From: Trichoplax sp. H2
Taxonomy: Eukaryota
Length of the DNA: 64,000 nt
Reading direction: 5' to 3'
Assembly (NCBI GenBank): GCA_003344405.1
Contig: NOWV01000018.1
Coordinates: 496,001-560,000 of the forward strand
Shown here: piece after piece, positions 15,770 through 27,787 of the stretch
Layout of the letters: every line of letters begins with the position of its first letter
Numbering within the stretch: position 1 is the first letter of the stretch
Translations under genes and position numbers: made by a program
The notes under the pieces: model-generated
Told to the model about the DNA's origin: nothing
Seen by the model: the letters and a program-made list of their open reading frames with translations, nothing else
The model's database searches: none

Positions 15770-18700
15770 ATGCAAAATCCAGAAGACAGTCAATATGGCT
15801 ATCAGCAAGAAGTAAGTACTAGCAATATAATCTAAAATAATTATTACTCTTGCAAACACCGGAAGGATATCATTTGCTTATGATCACATAGTCATTTAAA
15901 CTTGAATTCTTGTGTTTTGAAAACCTCATAGATTAAACACTGCATAAAACGGACACTTTAATTTAGAGTTAACAAGAACATACTGTGCACTCGTAGTGAA
16001 CACCATGTATATGCTATAATCTTTATACGCAAAATTTAACTTTTACTTTTCACTAATGTACATAATTATCATTACTACACATAGCATTAAATTTTCCTAA
16101 AAAAATAATACATTTTTCACATAAACCCAGTCATGGATATTAAAATGCTTTGATAATGACCGTTCTATCCTTTGCTCTTCACTTATGTTTCTAACTATCG
16201 CTATAATTCGTACATGATATTGAACTTGCTTTAAAAACTGATGTTTTCTTCGTACGAAAGGAAAACATCTAGAAATAAGAGCTTTGACAATCACTGTCTC
16301 CCTATTTTGACTTGTCAGTAACTTGATGTTAGATGCCAGTTATTAATTAGAATAATTTATTTCTGTTTTTAATGTTTGATGTTGCCAATTTAGTACAGTA
16401 TCAAAGATATTTAACTTGTGGGGTTTACTTTACTTTTAAATCCTATCACGGCCGAGGATTTCTAATAGTAACATGAATATATCAACTAAAGTCATTTTTA
16501 AGACTAGTAATTTTTCTTAACGTTAATACATAATAGAGCAACATTAAATTGAGGACATACATATCAATTTTTTTGCTCCATATGCCAAATGTCTAACGCT
16601 GTCATTTTACAGTAATCTCATAGCAAAATTTAATTCACCGCTATTTCTACGTTATCATTGCAAGAATTAATCACTACCGTTTAATTAAGACTAAGGGCAT
16701 ATCTAGCGTGACTAATTCTATTATTCTACGCTAATTAAAGAGCATAAACGCCTCTCGAGGGCATTTTTTCAAATTTTTATAACAATAGTAGTGCAGCTTG
16801 AGTGAGAGTAAGTTGCGTTCAATTCAACCATTCTTAAAACGAAAATTTGTTGCTCTATTAAGCAAATCTTGGATTGTATATTGCTATTGATTTTCATCAT
16901 TCACACTCAAATATTTAATGCAATTGAGTAATTATTTCCCACCACCTTGGTTAATTATTAATACTTTCTAAATTCGAATAACACCCGATAATGGATCGAT
17001 AAATTGAAGCCATGTCTAAATGCCTTGAAATTACCGACGACGCTTTCATGATATAGTTAAATCGGTAATAGCTATCAATCTCTTGAGTCTAGTTCCAGTA
17101 GACATTAAAATCTTCATAACCTAGTCGACCGTAGATCGTAAAAAATTGCTAAAACAGAATATTTCAGCCTAATAGAGGAACGATTGTCCGATTTTTATCA
17201 TGGTCTTCCAATTGTAATTGAATAGTGAAACAAGTGAAGTAGCAGAAAGTCGTTGTAAAATCAGTGCATTCTAAGATTTTAGATGTCATCATAAAAAAAA
17301 TACTTCAGAAACATCCGTCTATTCTTTCAGTCAGTAACAATTAAATAGCGATTAATTAATTTACGGCAGTCCTGCGTGCACAATAGTAATTTAAGGTTTC
17401 ACAAATGGACTTGGTAAATATCAGACGTAGCAGTTTTTAAATTCTTCATCATTAAAAATGAATTTAGTCGATCTTTTCTTGAAGCTGGTAACAATCAAAT
17501 GATAATTATAGTTATACATACAGCTGATAACAATGAAGACTTTTTGAATCGATTTAGTAATCCAATCAGTCTATTTTTTGTGCCCCTCTCACCATTAAAA
17601 CGATTGCAATCTATCTCCTTTAACCTAGCAACAACTAAGTAATAATTTACACGTGTATTGATCTTATACTAGTAAATATAGTAATACTATAATACGGTAC
17701 TATTTTAAGGTCCCTGATAAATTAGTATAAAATATCTTCCGGTTAAATATCGTGGTTAAAATGGATAAAGGCTGTTGGAGATCATTAGCATATAGCCTCT
17801 GATAACATATATAATTATCGACGTGGCAGTCTCTAATGTAACCCGAATTCATATTCTAAATGATTAGGACTGTTCAATATTCCTTGGCGTTCTATGTGAC
17901 GGCAATGCTTTGATTTCTTTTAGCTAATTTTGATTGAAAGAATGATTACTAATTAATGTAATCTTATAGCTTTGATGAGAAACTTTCTATAGTTCTTATT
18001 GCATTGCATATACGCCTATTTATCCATCAAGTACATGGAACGAAATTTGATTTGTTTCGGTATTGGCAATGATTGATGGCAAAGATCACATTGTAATAGT
18101 TTAGCAGAAGTAATACGCAAAAATTGTATTTAGCATTAGCATTAGCTTGACTCCAACTTGTAACTTGGAATTACAGCTTAGATGCATTAGATTAATGAAA
18201 TGTGGGTAGTTGAATTATTCGATCATTTAATGAAAGAAAAATTCTCTAGCTATTGCAAATTCAGCGTCGAAATGGTATAATTTTCTACGTCCATTTCTTT
18301 TAATACACATAGAAGGGATTAATTCTGGGTAATTTTACCTAAACTACTTGTATACTCGTATGCCCACGTTTTAGCCATGTAATAGCATTATTTTGTAGAG
18401 GTTTTACAAATATCCAAAGGCCAAGCAATAATATTGATCCAGTTTTGTTATTGCTTAAGCTTGCTGACGGCTACGTATTCTATTAGAAATTGGACAACAA
18501 AAATGCGTGTCAAAAATAGCTTAAACCCACCATGCTGGAGGCCATTTTCATAACAAAAGCAACGAGATTATTTTAGCCATCATGGTTAATAATCGCTTAA
18601 CTTTAATCGTATTGTTTTGACTTTAATTTATGTTTTATGCTCCATTGCACTATAACGGCTGCTATTTCCTTCTCTTGTTATTCAATATACCAGTTTAGTC

Positions 18701-21700
18701 CTTACCTATTGAATAGATACGCTCATTTTATATGAAATAACTTCAATTGATAACCGCTGGATAAGCATATTATGCGAGTTATGCTGATGGCCGCTTTTGT
18801 CCTAATTTAACAAAGGTGGTGATGATTTGGGGGATAGAGATTTAATTTATTCAATACGACAACATGGCATTCAACTCTATGCTAATTTGCAATTGAATGT
18901 AAAGACCGATTTTTCTCTTCATAGAGAGGATAATCAATAAGATAATGTAGTCTAATCATTATTACAGCAAGTAAATTCGTTAATAATGATAACATAAAAG
19001 ACGTAGCATAAAATCATAGCCGCTATTGAAGCCTTTTAAATCGACCATCTTTTGGTCTATACAGCTTGGTCTTATCTCGAAGCTGCTATTTGCAAAACAT
19101 AACGAAAAGGATTTAACTAGAATAAAAGATGGTTATTGGCTAATCAAAATTAGTTATGTCTTATCGATTTAGCTTTAGTATCTTCAAGATAATTAGAGGA
19201 TGCCCTTCAACATCACAAATTGCCGTCTTGAATAAATTACAATTCGATTAGTATTCATAGACCACCCAAATCATGTATTGAACGAGGAAATAAATAACAG
19301 TTACCAAAGCTTTCTACATCAATATGAATGGTCACAAAATAGCTAAAAATAACAACATTAGCTATCTTCCGTACAGCAATCAAGGGAAAATTTAGAATTA
19401 TACATAGCAATTAATATACAAATTGAGTAATAGGCAATAGTGTGCAAAATCTTTAGAATCTCCTTCTTCATTTTACGAATACTCTTTTAGAGTCAGTTTA
19501 ATCTCTTCTACTGTCATATTCTTATCAATAATTAGTTTTAATGCAATTTCTATTAGCGATAGTAGTTTTTCAAGTTAACTACAAATTCTATACGACTTAA
19601 CTACCTTTGTATCATTCTTGGTTCTATTTGAAAAAAAAAAATCGATAGTCAATAAAGAAAAAGAAGACACAGCAAAAGCTGTTGTTCTCAATAGAACTAA
19701 GCCGTATAAACTAATTATAGTATTAATATAGCACCTTCTGTGTATAAAAGCTATCATAAATTGCGAAATTGGCTTATTTTTTCGTTTTGAAGTTTATTAT
19801 CCAACAGTTTAAGATGAAGATTGTAAACTGATTTGATCCATTACAAACTAGAGAAGCCTCCCCTTAGATTCAGCCCTTAATTTAGAAAGTATAATCTAGA
19901 CCACAGTCATTAATGATTGGTGATTTAATCTACTACGAAACTAGATTATTTTCTCAGTTTTTATTCTGTCTTATTAAGAATGTAGGCCATTTTAATTTAA
20001 GATTACTAAGGTAATATTTTGTAAAAGTTGGTCATTTTTGATTTTGATCCTAACTTTTCCCTGAAAGATAGCAATCCATCTATTTTCCATTATGATTATT
20101 AATAATTTGATGAGTTGGATGGATTTGTATTTTAGTAGTTATTGGAGATCATAATTTAGATCTTGAATTAGAGGTAGATGACATACTGCGAAATATGAGC
20201 TGACAATAATAATGTATTAATAAACAAACACAAGTTATACAAGTGATTAATTAACGTGAATTTTAGTATATACTTAAACATAATAATATGGCTACCTTGT
20301 CCTATGGCTACTTTATGTTATACCATTTTTAAATATCTATCTATGTGTTACTTTATGAGTTCTTATTACGTCTTAAAAACAAAGAAATTGGCGCCGTACG
20401 GTAGTTTATGATTATTTTTATTGTACAGCCCTTCAGTTGCTGTGAAATAAAAGGCTAAGTATTTTTTACTTCCACGTATTGCCCCAAGGCAAATTTATCC
20501 TATCTTCTATATTTATATGCTTATTACTGTTTTTTTCTTAATTTCACATGATATTTGTGTGAGATTAGCAGCAACAACAAGTAAATTTATTTAGTGACGG
20601 TAATTCTTGTATTGCCTAAATATTCAATTAAATCAGAGTACAATTTACACTCGACAGCAAACATTGCTTGAGTTAAATAATATGAATCCATCTTTAATTC
20701 ATTGACTGCTATGATTCATATCGATTCAAGCTGATTATAAATCGAATGATTTAAAGACTTTTACGGCAACAGCTATAACTCCATTTTCAGTTCGATTTCA
20801 ATTATCATCTTTACTTGCTTAGTACAATATGAAGTTATATATAAATGTAGAATATTAATACAAACACAATAGATCATTCCAATCATAATCACATCTTGAT
20901 ATTAAATAAACATAATCGCTCATCTTTTGATGTTTTGTCAACATATTTGTCAATCAAAGTTGGCGTTTGTCCAGAAATTAAAAAAATTTGCTCGACTAAT
21001 ATTTTTTTCGATCAAATTAACTCACAACTTTGATCTATTTGCATTGATTAGGAAAGCCAACTACACCAAAAAATCAGAATTAATGAAGATCAAAAGCGTT
21101 ACCTTTTGAATGCTATGACACAAGGAACTCATGACCGGTAAGATCTATTTAATAAAAAGGCAATACGCATAGTTAGATATCAAAATTATAAAAGACCCAT
21201 AATCTAGTCAAACTATAGCTTATCTTCTTACAAAGACTAATTCAAAGATTGCCATTAGGACAGCTTTTTGTGTGTCATGACAACTAATCTTCTATATTCT
21301 AATGATAAACGCCTAGCAATTCGCTGACTACTGAATTAAGGACCGTAGAAAATCAATTAACTGAATTGTATAGTACTTTAGCTTCAACAGGATATCATTT
21401 ACCAGCAGGTAAGCAATATTGCTAAATATCGGTAACATTGGGTATAGGATGGACTATTTGATTAATTAAGAAATCCAAGTAGAAATACAAACACAAGTAT
21501 CTGCATAGAATAATCGGCACGTATAGGTTAGACTTCTTTTGAGAAAGTACCGGGCGATCAATCCTTGTTAAATCATGAAAGAAATGGCTATACAGTGAAT
21601 GAAAATAGTTCAACTGCGTTCAGCACCAGTGATTTTATAGACAAATAATTTGTACATTTTACTTGCGCTATAGGCTAATATTACTCTCACTGTAATCTAG

Positions 21701-24700
21701 ATTATAAATTCTTCGTATTGAGCTTTAAAACGTTAGCACGACTAATATAGTTTATTGCAGTTAAAAATTAGTTTTAAAGGATCCAAAAAACTAGTAAAAA
21801 GACAAAAAATAATAAATAATTGTAGCTTCTGCTAAAAACTAGTTTCTATAGGGATTTAACCGATATTGCTAATATAAAGAATTTTCGTTTAATTTTACTA
21901 CTGTATTACATATTCAATTCTTTGCGGCAGTTCAAAGATTTGAAGACTTTTTTGATTTCTATTTTATTCTAGCAGAGAATTCGAACGATTACATAAATAG
22001 TATGCAAGATACAACTTGGCAATATTCACACATTGATTCTGGGATGGTTTCTGCTGACACAGTAGCAACACCTTCTGGACTCTATTATGAAGAAGAAATG
22101 AGTCCGGCCGCTGTTTTTACACCGACGCTTGAAACGTTGCCAACTCAAAATTCTGTTATAAGTAAGTTGTTCTTTATTTTCCTATAGTACCTAAATCTTT
22201 TCACACCGTAGTTATTAAAATGTGGCAGATTTTACTGAGCAAATTAAGATGGAAAGCACCTTAAAAAGCTTAAAACAGGAACAGTTTTCGCTTTTCTTAC
22301 TTGACGAATCTAATCCACTATGTAACTGTAGTTTTTATGGCAACTGTTGTATCATGCAACAGAAGCCAAAAAGATTTAAGCTAGATACTCGTATAAGTAT
22401 TTCTTGGCCTAAGCGGGTGGCAGAATTAATATCTCACTTTTAAGCTTATTCCTGAAATTATTTTGCTGATTTTAGTTTCGTAGTAATTTTACTGTCTAGC
22501 GATATGATTTAAAAAATACAAGTAATCCAAAATTTATAGAATGTTTCTCACGAATACTGTATATTCTTAGATGATTTTCCTATATTGCACCCTTTTGCGT
22601 TTTACACGATCGCTTTATGCTTACTTCTTTCTCTCATTTTGCATATATAAAACATAAATACAGAGCATTAAAACCTTGTTCTTGTTAACTGTAATACCAT
22701 CATATAGCATTATCTGGTAAAAACTAGAAAAAGAATTACTTATCCACGTTGATAATTGCAGACTACTTTAGGGAATAGCTAAATAAAAATGTTATCCTGT
22801 ACAGTAAAAACCCTGTTCCATTTAACTGTAATACTATCTTATGAAATTATGATAACCAGAAAGAGAATCACGCTTCTATTTTAAGAATTTCAGACTACGG
22901 TACATTTGGGAATAGCTAAATAAAAATATTATCTTAACCGAATTTAACTCTGTGATATACTAATCCTTCTCTATGGATTGGCTTAAATTATCAAGGCAAT
23001 TCGAGCTTTAATAACAATAGAGGCTCCGTACGGACGCAAAGATTGCGAAATCAATTAATGCCAGACACTGATCAAGCTAGCCATGATAATACAATCCAAA
23101 ATAATGGCGAATTCTCTCCTACGAGGCCATCAACTGTCCAAAGGCTGAATGAACCATCTGCAGCATTAAGACAAGTTATTCACGATTTGATGAATTATCA
23201 GGTACAAAAATTTTATTCAATTGGAACGATGAGTAGACACTGTTTTAATTAGTCTTCAACACAGATAAGTGACTAATTAATTCTTTAGTATGATGTCTAC
23301 CACGATATAGGAAATAATGATTTGGTTACTGGCAGTGTACCGTAAACAGATGCTTAATAGTTATACTTTATCTTATATTGATTAAGCGACTAGCAGTATA
23401 CCCTAGATAGCTATTTAAAAGCTATATTTCATCTTGCATAAATTTAGCGATTGGCGGTATACCGTAGCTATATAGCTGCTTGATGTCGCATTTTACCTTA
23501 CGGAGATTTTGCAAAAGACAGCATAACGTTGATAGATGTTTAATAGATATATTTTATCTTATATAGATTTAGCGACTAGCAAATGTACCGTAGATTGAAT
23601 GCTTAATTGCTATATTTTATCTTATACAGATTTAGCAAGACAGCTGCTTAATAATTGTATTTACTTTATATAAACCTAGTGACTGACAGTAAAATACTTA
23701 AACGATTGTTTAATATTTCTATTTTATAATCTCCCATATAGGATGATAACGATTTAGCTACTCGCAGTATACCGGAGGCAATTAATTTGCTATCTCATGA
23801 AGATCCCATGACAGTGGTCCAGATTGCTAAATTTATCAATCATTTATCTAAAAAGGAAGCTAGCCTACATGCAATTATCTCTTCAACTCAATTATTGGCT
23901 TCTTTAATACATGCAACTCGACGTTTCTTTGAAAATATCGATCTAGTCAAATTGACTGCTAGTACCTTGCACAATTTGTCATTACAGCAAAGTGGCCTGC
24001 ATGCAATTGTTAAAGCAAGCAGTGTAACTATTCTATTAGAGATGGTTCGGTAAATGACTAAATTGACTCCTATTCGATATAAAATAGTGCTGAAGCCTTA
24101 ACACATTTAGCTTAAATTTATTTCTACAATCCATTTCTCTAACGTTTATAATCTCTTTTTTATTCCCTTCAAATCGTAGCTATTTATCGCAGCCAGTAAT
24201 GTTCTATGCTATTACCACATTGCATAATTTGCTGCTGAATTATGCAGAAAGTCGAATGGATATTTTCTTATCAAGAGGATTAGAAGTCATGATTCAATTA
24301 TTGCCTTTTAATAACGTTAAATTTCAAGCCATCGTTGCCGATTGCATGTACATATTAGCCCACAGTCATCCAGATTGCAAGGTACTTTATTGCTATAGAT
24401 AATACAAATGATAATTTTTGAAGCAATTCTAGACACAATGTGCGCTTTATATGCATATATAGCATTACTGCTCTTCATATATTTCTTGACAGAAATCCTA
24501 GACGATTTTTAAAGAGCAGATATCTCCGCGCTATTACAAAAGCATGCACTATATTATTGCTCTTCTTGCTTATACAGCAGCTTAATCGTAAAAATTGCCT
24601 ATATAGCTAGCGATTTCAATTAATTCGTTCAAAGTAGTCTTGTTTTTACTCGGAATCCAAGTTGATCATTTATTTAGTTTACGTAAATAAGCCATACTGT

Positions 24701-27700
24701 GCCTTATGCTCGTAGTCAATGTTGTTGGTCTAAAAGCTTTGCACTCTTATTATTGCCATTTTTTTAACAGTTTTAAACTAGTCTCATTTAATTGAATCAA
24801 TATATTAATACCTGATAAAAATTCTATTTCATAAACTCTTTTCTTGCTGTTATGCTTAATCCATTAGTCCGTTATTTACAACTCGGAAGGGCATATCATT
24901 TTGATTGATATCATCAGTAATTGCGATTACGAAAAACTACTTTGGACAGCTATTCGCGTCCTGAAATTATTATCCATTACTGCTTCTACTAAAGTAAACC
25001 TTATTAAAGTAAGTCACGTCTAGTTCCTTCGATTATCCTATGGGAAATCATGTAATTTAAACTTATTGCATTGTATTCCTTTTGCATTATTGATTCTACT
25101 CAGGCTGGTGCTATGCAAGCTTTGGCTCGGCATTTAAATTCAGATAGCAATCGCATAGTTATACATACTTTATGGACGATGAGAAATTTATCTGACGCAG
25201 CAACAAAAGTGGTAATGAATCAAGTAATTTAAATTTTGCGATAAGACTACCGTACCTTGTTGATCACACGCATTATCCTCCTTCGTACAAATTCTAAAGT
25301 TTCCGTATTTATATTTTAAGTTTCTTCAGCTTATGTAATAATAGAGAAGAATTCAATATTTTGGATAGGAGTATTTATAGACATTGTAGCATGTTAAGAA
25401 TGAACACTGTACAGTATAATTGAACACTAACTATATGACATTGTGAGAAATAGATTTCTTACACAACGATGTATTGTATAAATAAGATTGAACGCTAATC
25501 TACTTGATTACTTAATAGGAAAATACATATATTTTAAGTTCCATATGTAATAGTGAAGAGTTAGATATTCTGAATAGGAATATTTTTAGACATTGTTATA
25601 TTTTGAAAAATTAACATTGTGCCGTACAGTACAGTGTAATTGATCATTAACAGTGCTACATTAGGAGAAATAGATTTATTGCACAACTAGGATCTGTGTC
25701 AATAAGATTGAATGCTAATCCACTTAATTATTCAATAGGAAAATATAAATAATGCATTGGGAAGTCTAGTGCATCTGCTTAATTCCAATGAACCTTCAAT
25801 AATTATGTGTATCGGTGGTATTATATCCAATCTAACATGTAACAACTCACAAAATAAGACTTACCTATGCAAAATTGGAGGAGTACAAGCGTTGTTAGAT
25901 GTACTGTCAGCTTATAGTGATCGTGAAGACATCATTGAACCAGCGGTTAGTTTTCAATGTTACTTGATCATGATGATAACCATAAATAATGACTTGAAAT
26001 GAAATAGAGAGCAGTTTTTTTAATAACTTGTACCAATATCTCATTTCGCTAATAGAATAAACTATTTTAATTAGATCTGTGCTCTACGCCATTTAACCAA
26101 TAAGCATCCGTATAGTGAGATTGCACAAAATAGTGTCCGAGATCATAAAGGCATTCCAATTGTAATAAATATCTTGAAGAATTGCAATAGTTTTGCAGTT
26201 CGTAAAGCTATCGTTGGCTTAATCCGCAACATTGCGCTGTGCCAATACAATATTCCTATCCTCTATGAATTCCATGGAATAAATAAACTAACTGACATTT
26301 TATTGGAAACATGTCAAGTTATGAATCAGAGATTAAGCAAACACTCAACAACTGAAATCGATGGGATCCGATTAGAAGATATTATTGAGAGTACTGTAGG
26401 TGCTCTGCATGTTGTTTCTAGGCATCCTCAATACCGTGCATTATTAACTGATTCAAAGTGTATACGAATATTTACGCAGGTATTGATGATTACAAATAGC
26501 TTTGTTGAAAGCAATTTCAAGACCTATAATAGATATGCAAAGACCAAAATGTTTAAGTGATATTCATAAACTGAAGTCCTGTTTGCATTTATTTTTCTTC
26601 AGCTTCTACGCTCCAATTCGAACAGCATCGTATGCGTTGCTACTGGCGTACTATCTGAATTAGCTCAAGATAAAGAAGGTGCTCGAGCTATGCATTATCT
26701 GGGAACTCCTCAAATTTTGCAAAATCTTGCTTCACACAGAGACGAAGCCATTGGTAAATACAATATGAAGTAGTTAATCTTCTATTTGTAAATTCTACTC
26801 CAGACAGCTATAATGGAATATTTTCACTAACTTACATTTTTTGATCGGCAACTCTAGCAACTTTTGCAACGTCGGCCCTATACCGCATGTCTGAAGATAG
26901 AGGGTCGATAAATCGTCGACAAGGACCTTCAATAGATCTCAATGGATCCTTTACAGGGTCATTATCGAGAAATGAGGTAAAGTTTATCCTTTTATAAATT
27001 ATGTAATGCAAAAGGCTAAAATACACATAACTAGAATTGACGCAGTATTCGATAAATAGGCCATCGATTAAATTTCTTTATAATTACTCTTACCTTACAT
27101 CATAAAATGCTTATTACTAGTAAATTAGTTCATTGATCAAGCAATAAATAAAATCTGAGATGATTGAGAAGAAATAGATTTGAATTAATTTTCGTCTTAG
27201 CTTTTGATTTTAAAATCTATTCTATGATAATTGTCGTGAAACATTTCAATATTCTAAACTTCGATTCTTTCTCCTACGAACAACTTCATAAAATGATGGT
27301 AAAATAGCGATTCGAATTAAATAACTCCATGAATTCTCGTTCACCAAGCTATCGTGAGGATGCTTATTCTCATCACAGCGGCATCATGAATATTAATGAA
27401 ATGATGAATATGCAACCTGCTTTATCTAATGGAGGACAACAAGATATCAACATTAACGTACCTGTATCAGATGCTGGAGGTATCAGTTCTCCGCATATTA
27501 ATGGTATGTATGAACAAATACAAAATCTGAGTTTAGATGCTGGAAGCAATTATGATGGCATCCCAGCAGAACAACAATCCATGCATTCCTATTATTCCAA
27601 TCCTTCCCATCGAGGTCCAGTTAATCCTTCGATCCATTCCAACAACAGCGTGCAACACAATCCTCCGGAGAGTTATACTCCTACAAAATTCGCCACCGGA

Positions 27701-27787
27701 ACAAACAATTCCAACTCTGTCGCATCATCAGCTCATCAAACACCAATATGGGACGAAAGTAATTCTTTCAGAATGGTTCAGGAATAG
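15770..27787 (+). CDS. CTNNB1: Beta-catenin (armadillo-repeat protein), ~890 aa, about 14 coding exons
   Basis: Phase-consistent GT-AG exons: 15770-15811, 21052-21137 and 21374-21408 (these three tentative), 21973-22161, ~22996-23201, 23742-24049, 24180-24381, 24868-25008, 25104-25211, 25739-25945, 26075-26479, 26603-26753, 26858-26976, 27308-27787. Diagnostic motifs: [86 protein letters not shown]. The core from 21973 on is high confidence. Confidence 0.93.
23304..23774. repeat. Intronic ~61-bp degenerate tandem array derived from the beta-catenin intron/exon junction
   Basis: Repeated atttagcgactagcag...taccg matches exon sequence gatttagctactcgcagtataccg (23751-23774). Confidence 0.75.
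25330..25750. repeat. Intronic ~220-bp tandem duplication including the 3' splice site
   Basis: aataagattgaa.gctaatc.actt.atta...aataggaaaata occurs twice, with AG at 25518 and at 25738. Confidence 0.8.

Noticed and set aside
21025-21097. TCF/LEF-like CTTTGAT/ATCAAA sites suggesting autoregulation
   Set aside because: Short AT-rich motifs are expected by chance here, and one lies in a coding exon.
22222-22443. 73-aa ORF inside beta-catenin as an extra exon
   Set aside because: It has a phase-compatible acceptor at 22228, but no convincing donor or beta-catenin similarity, and the model is complete without it.
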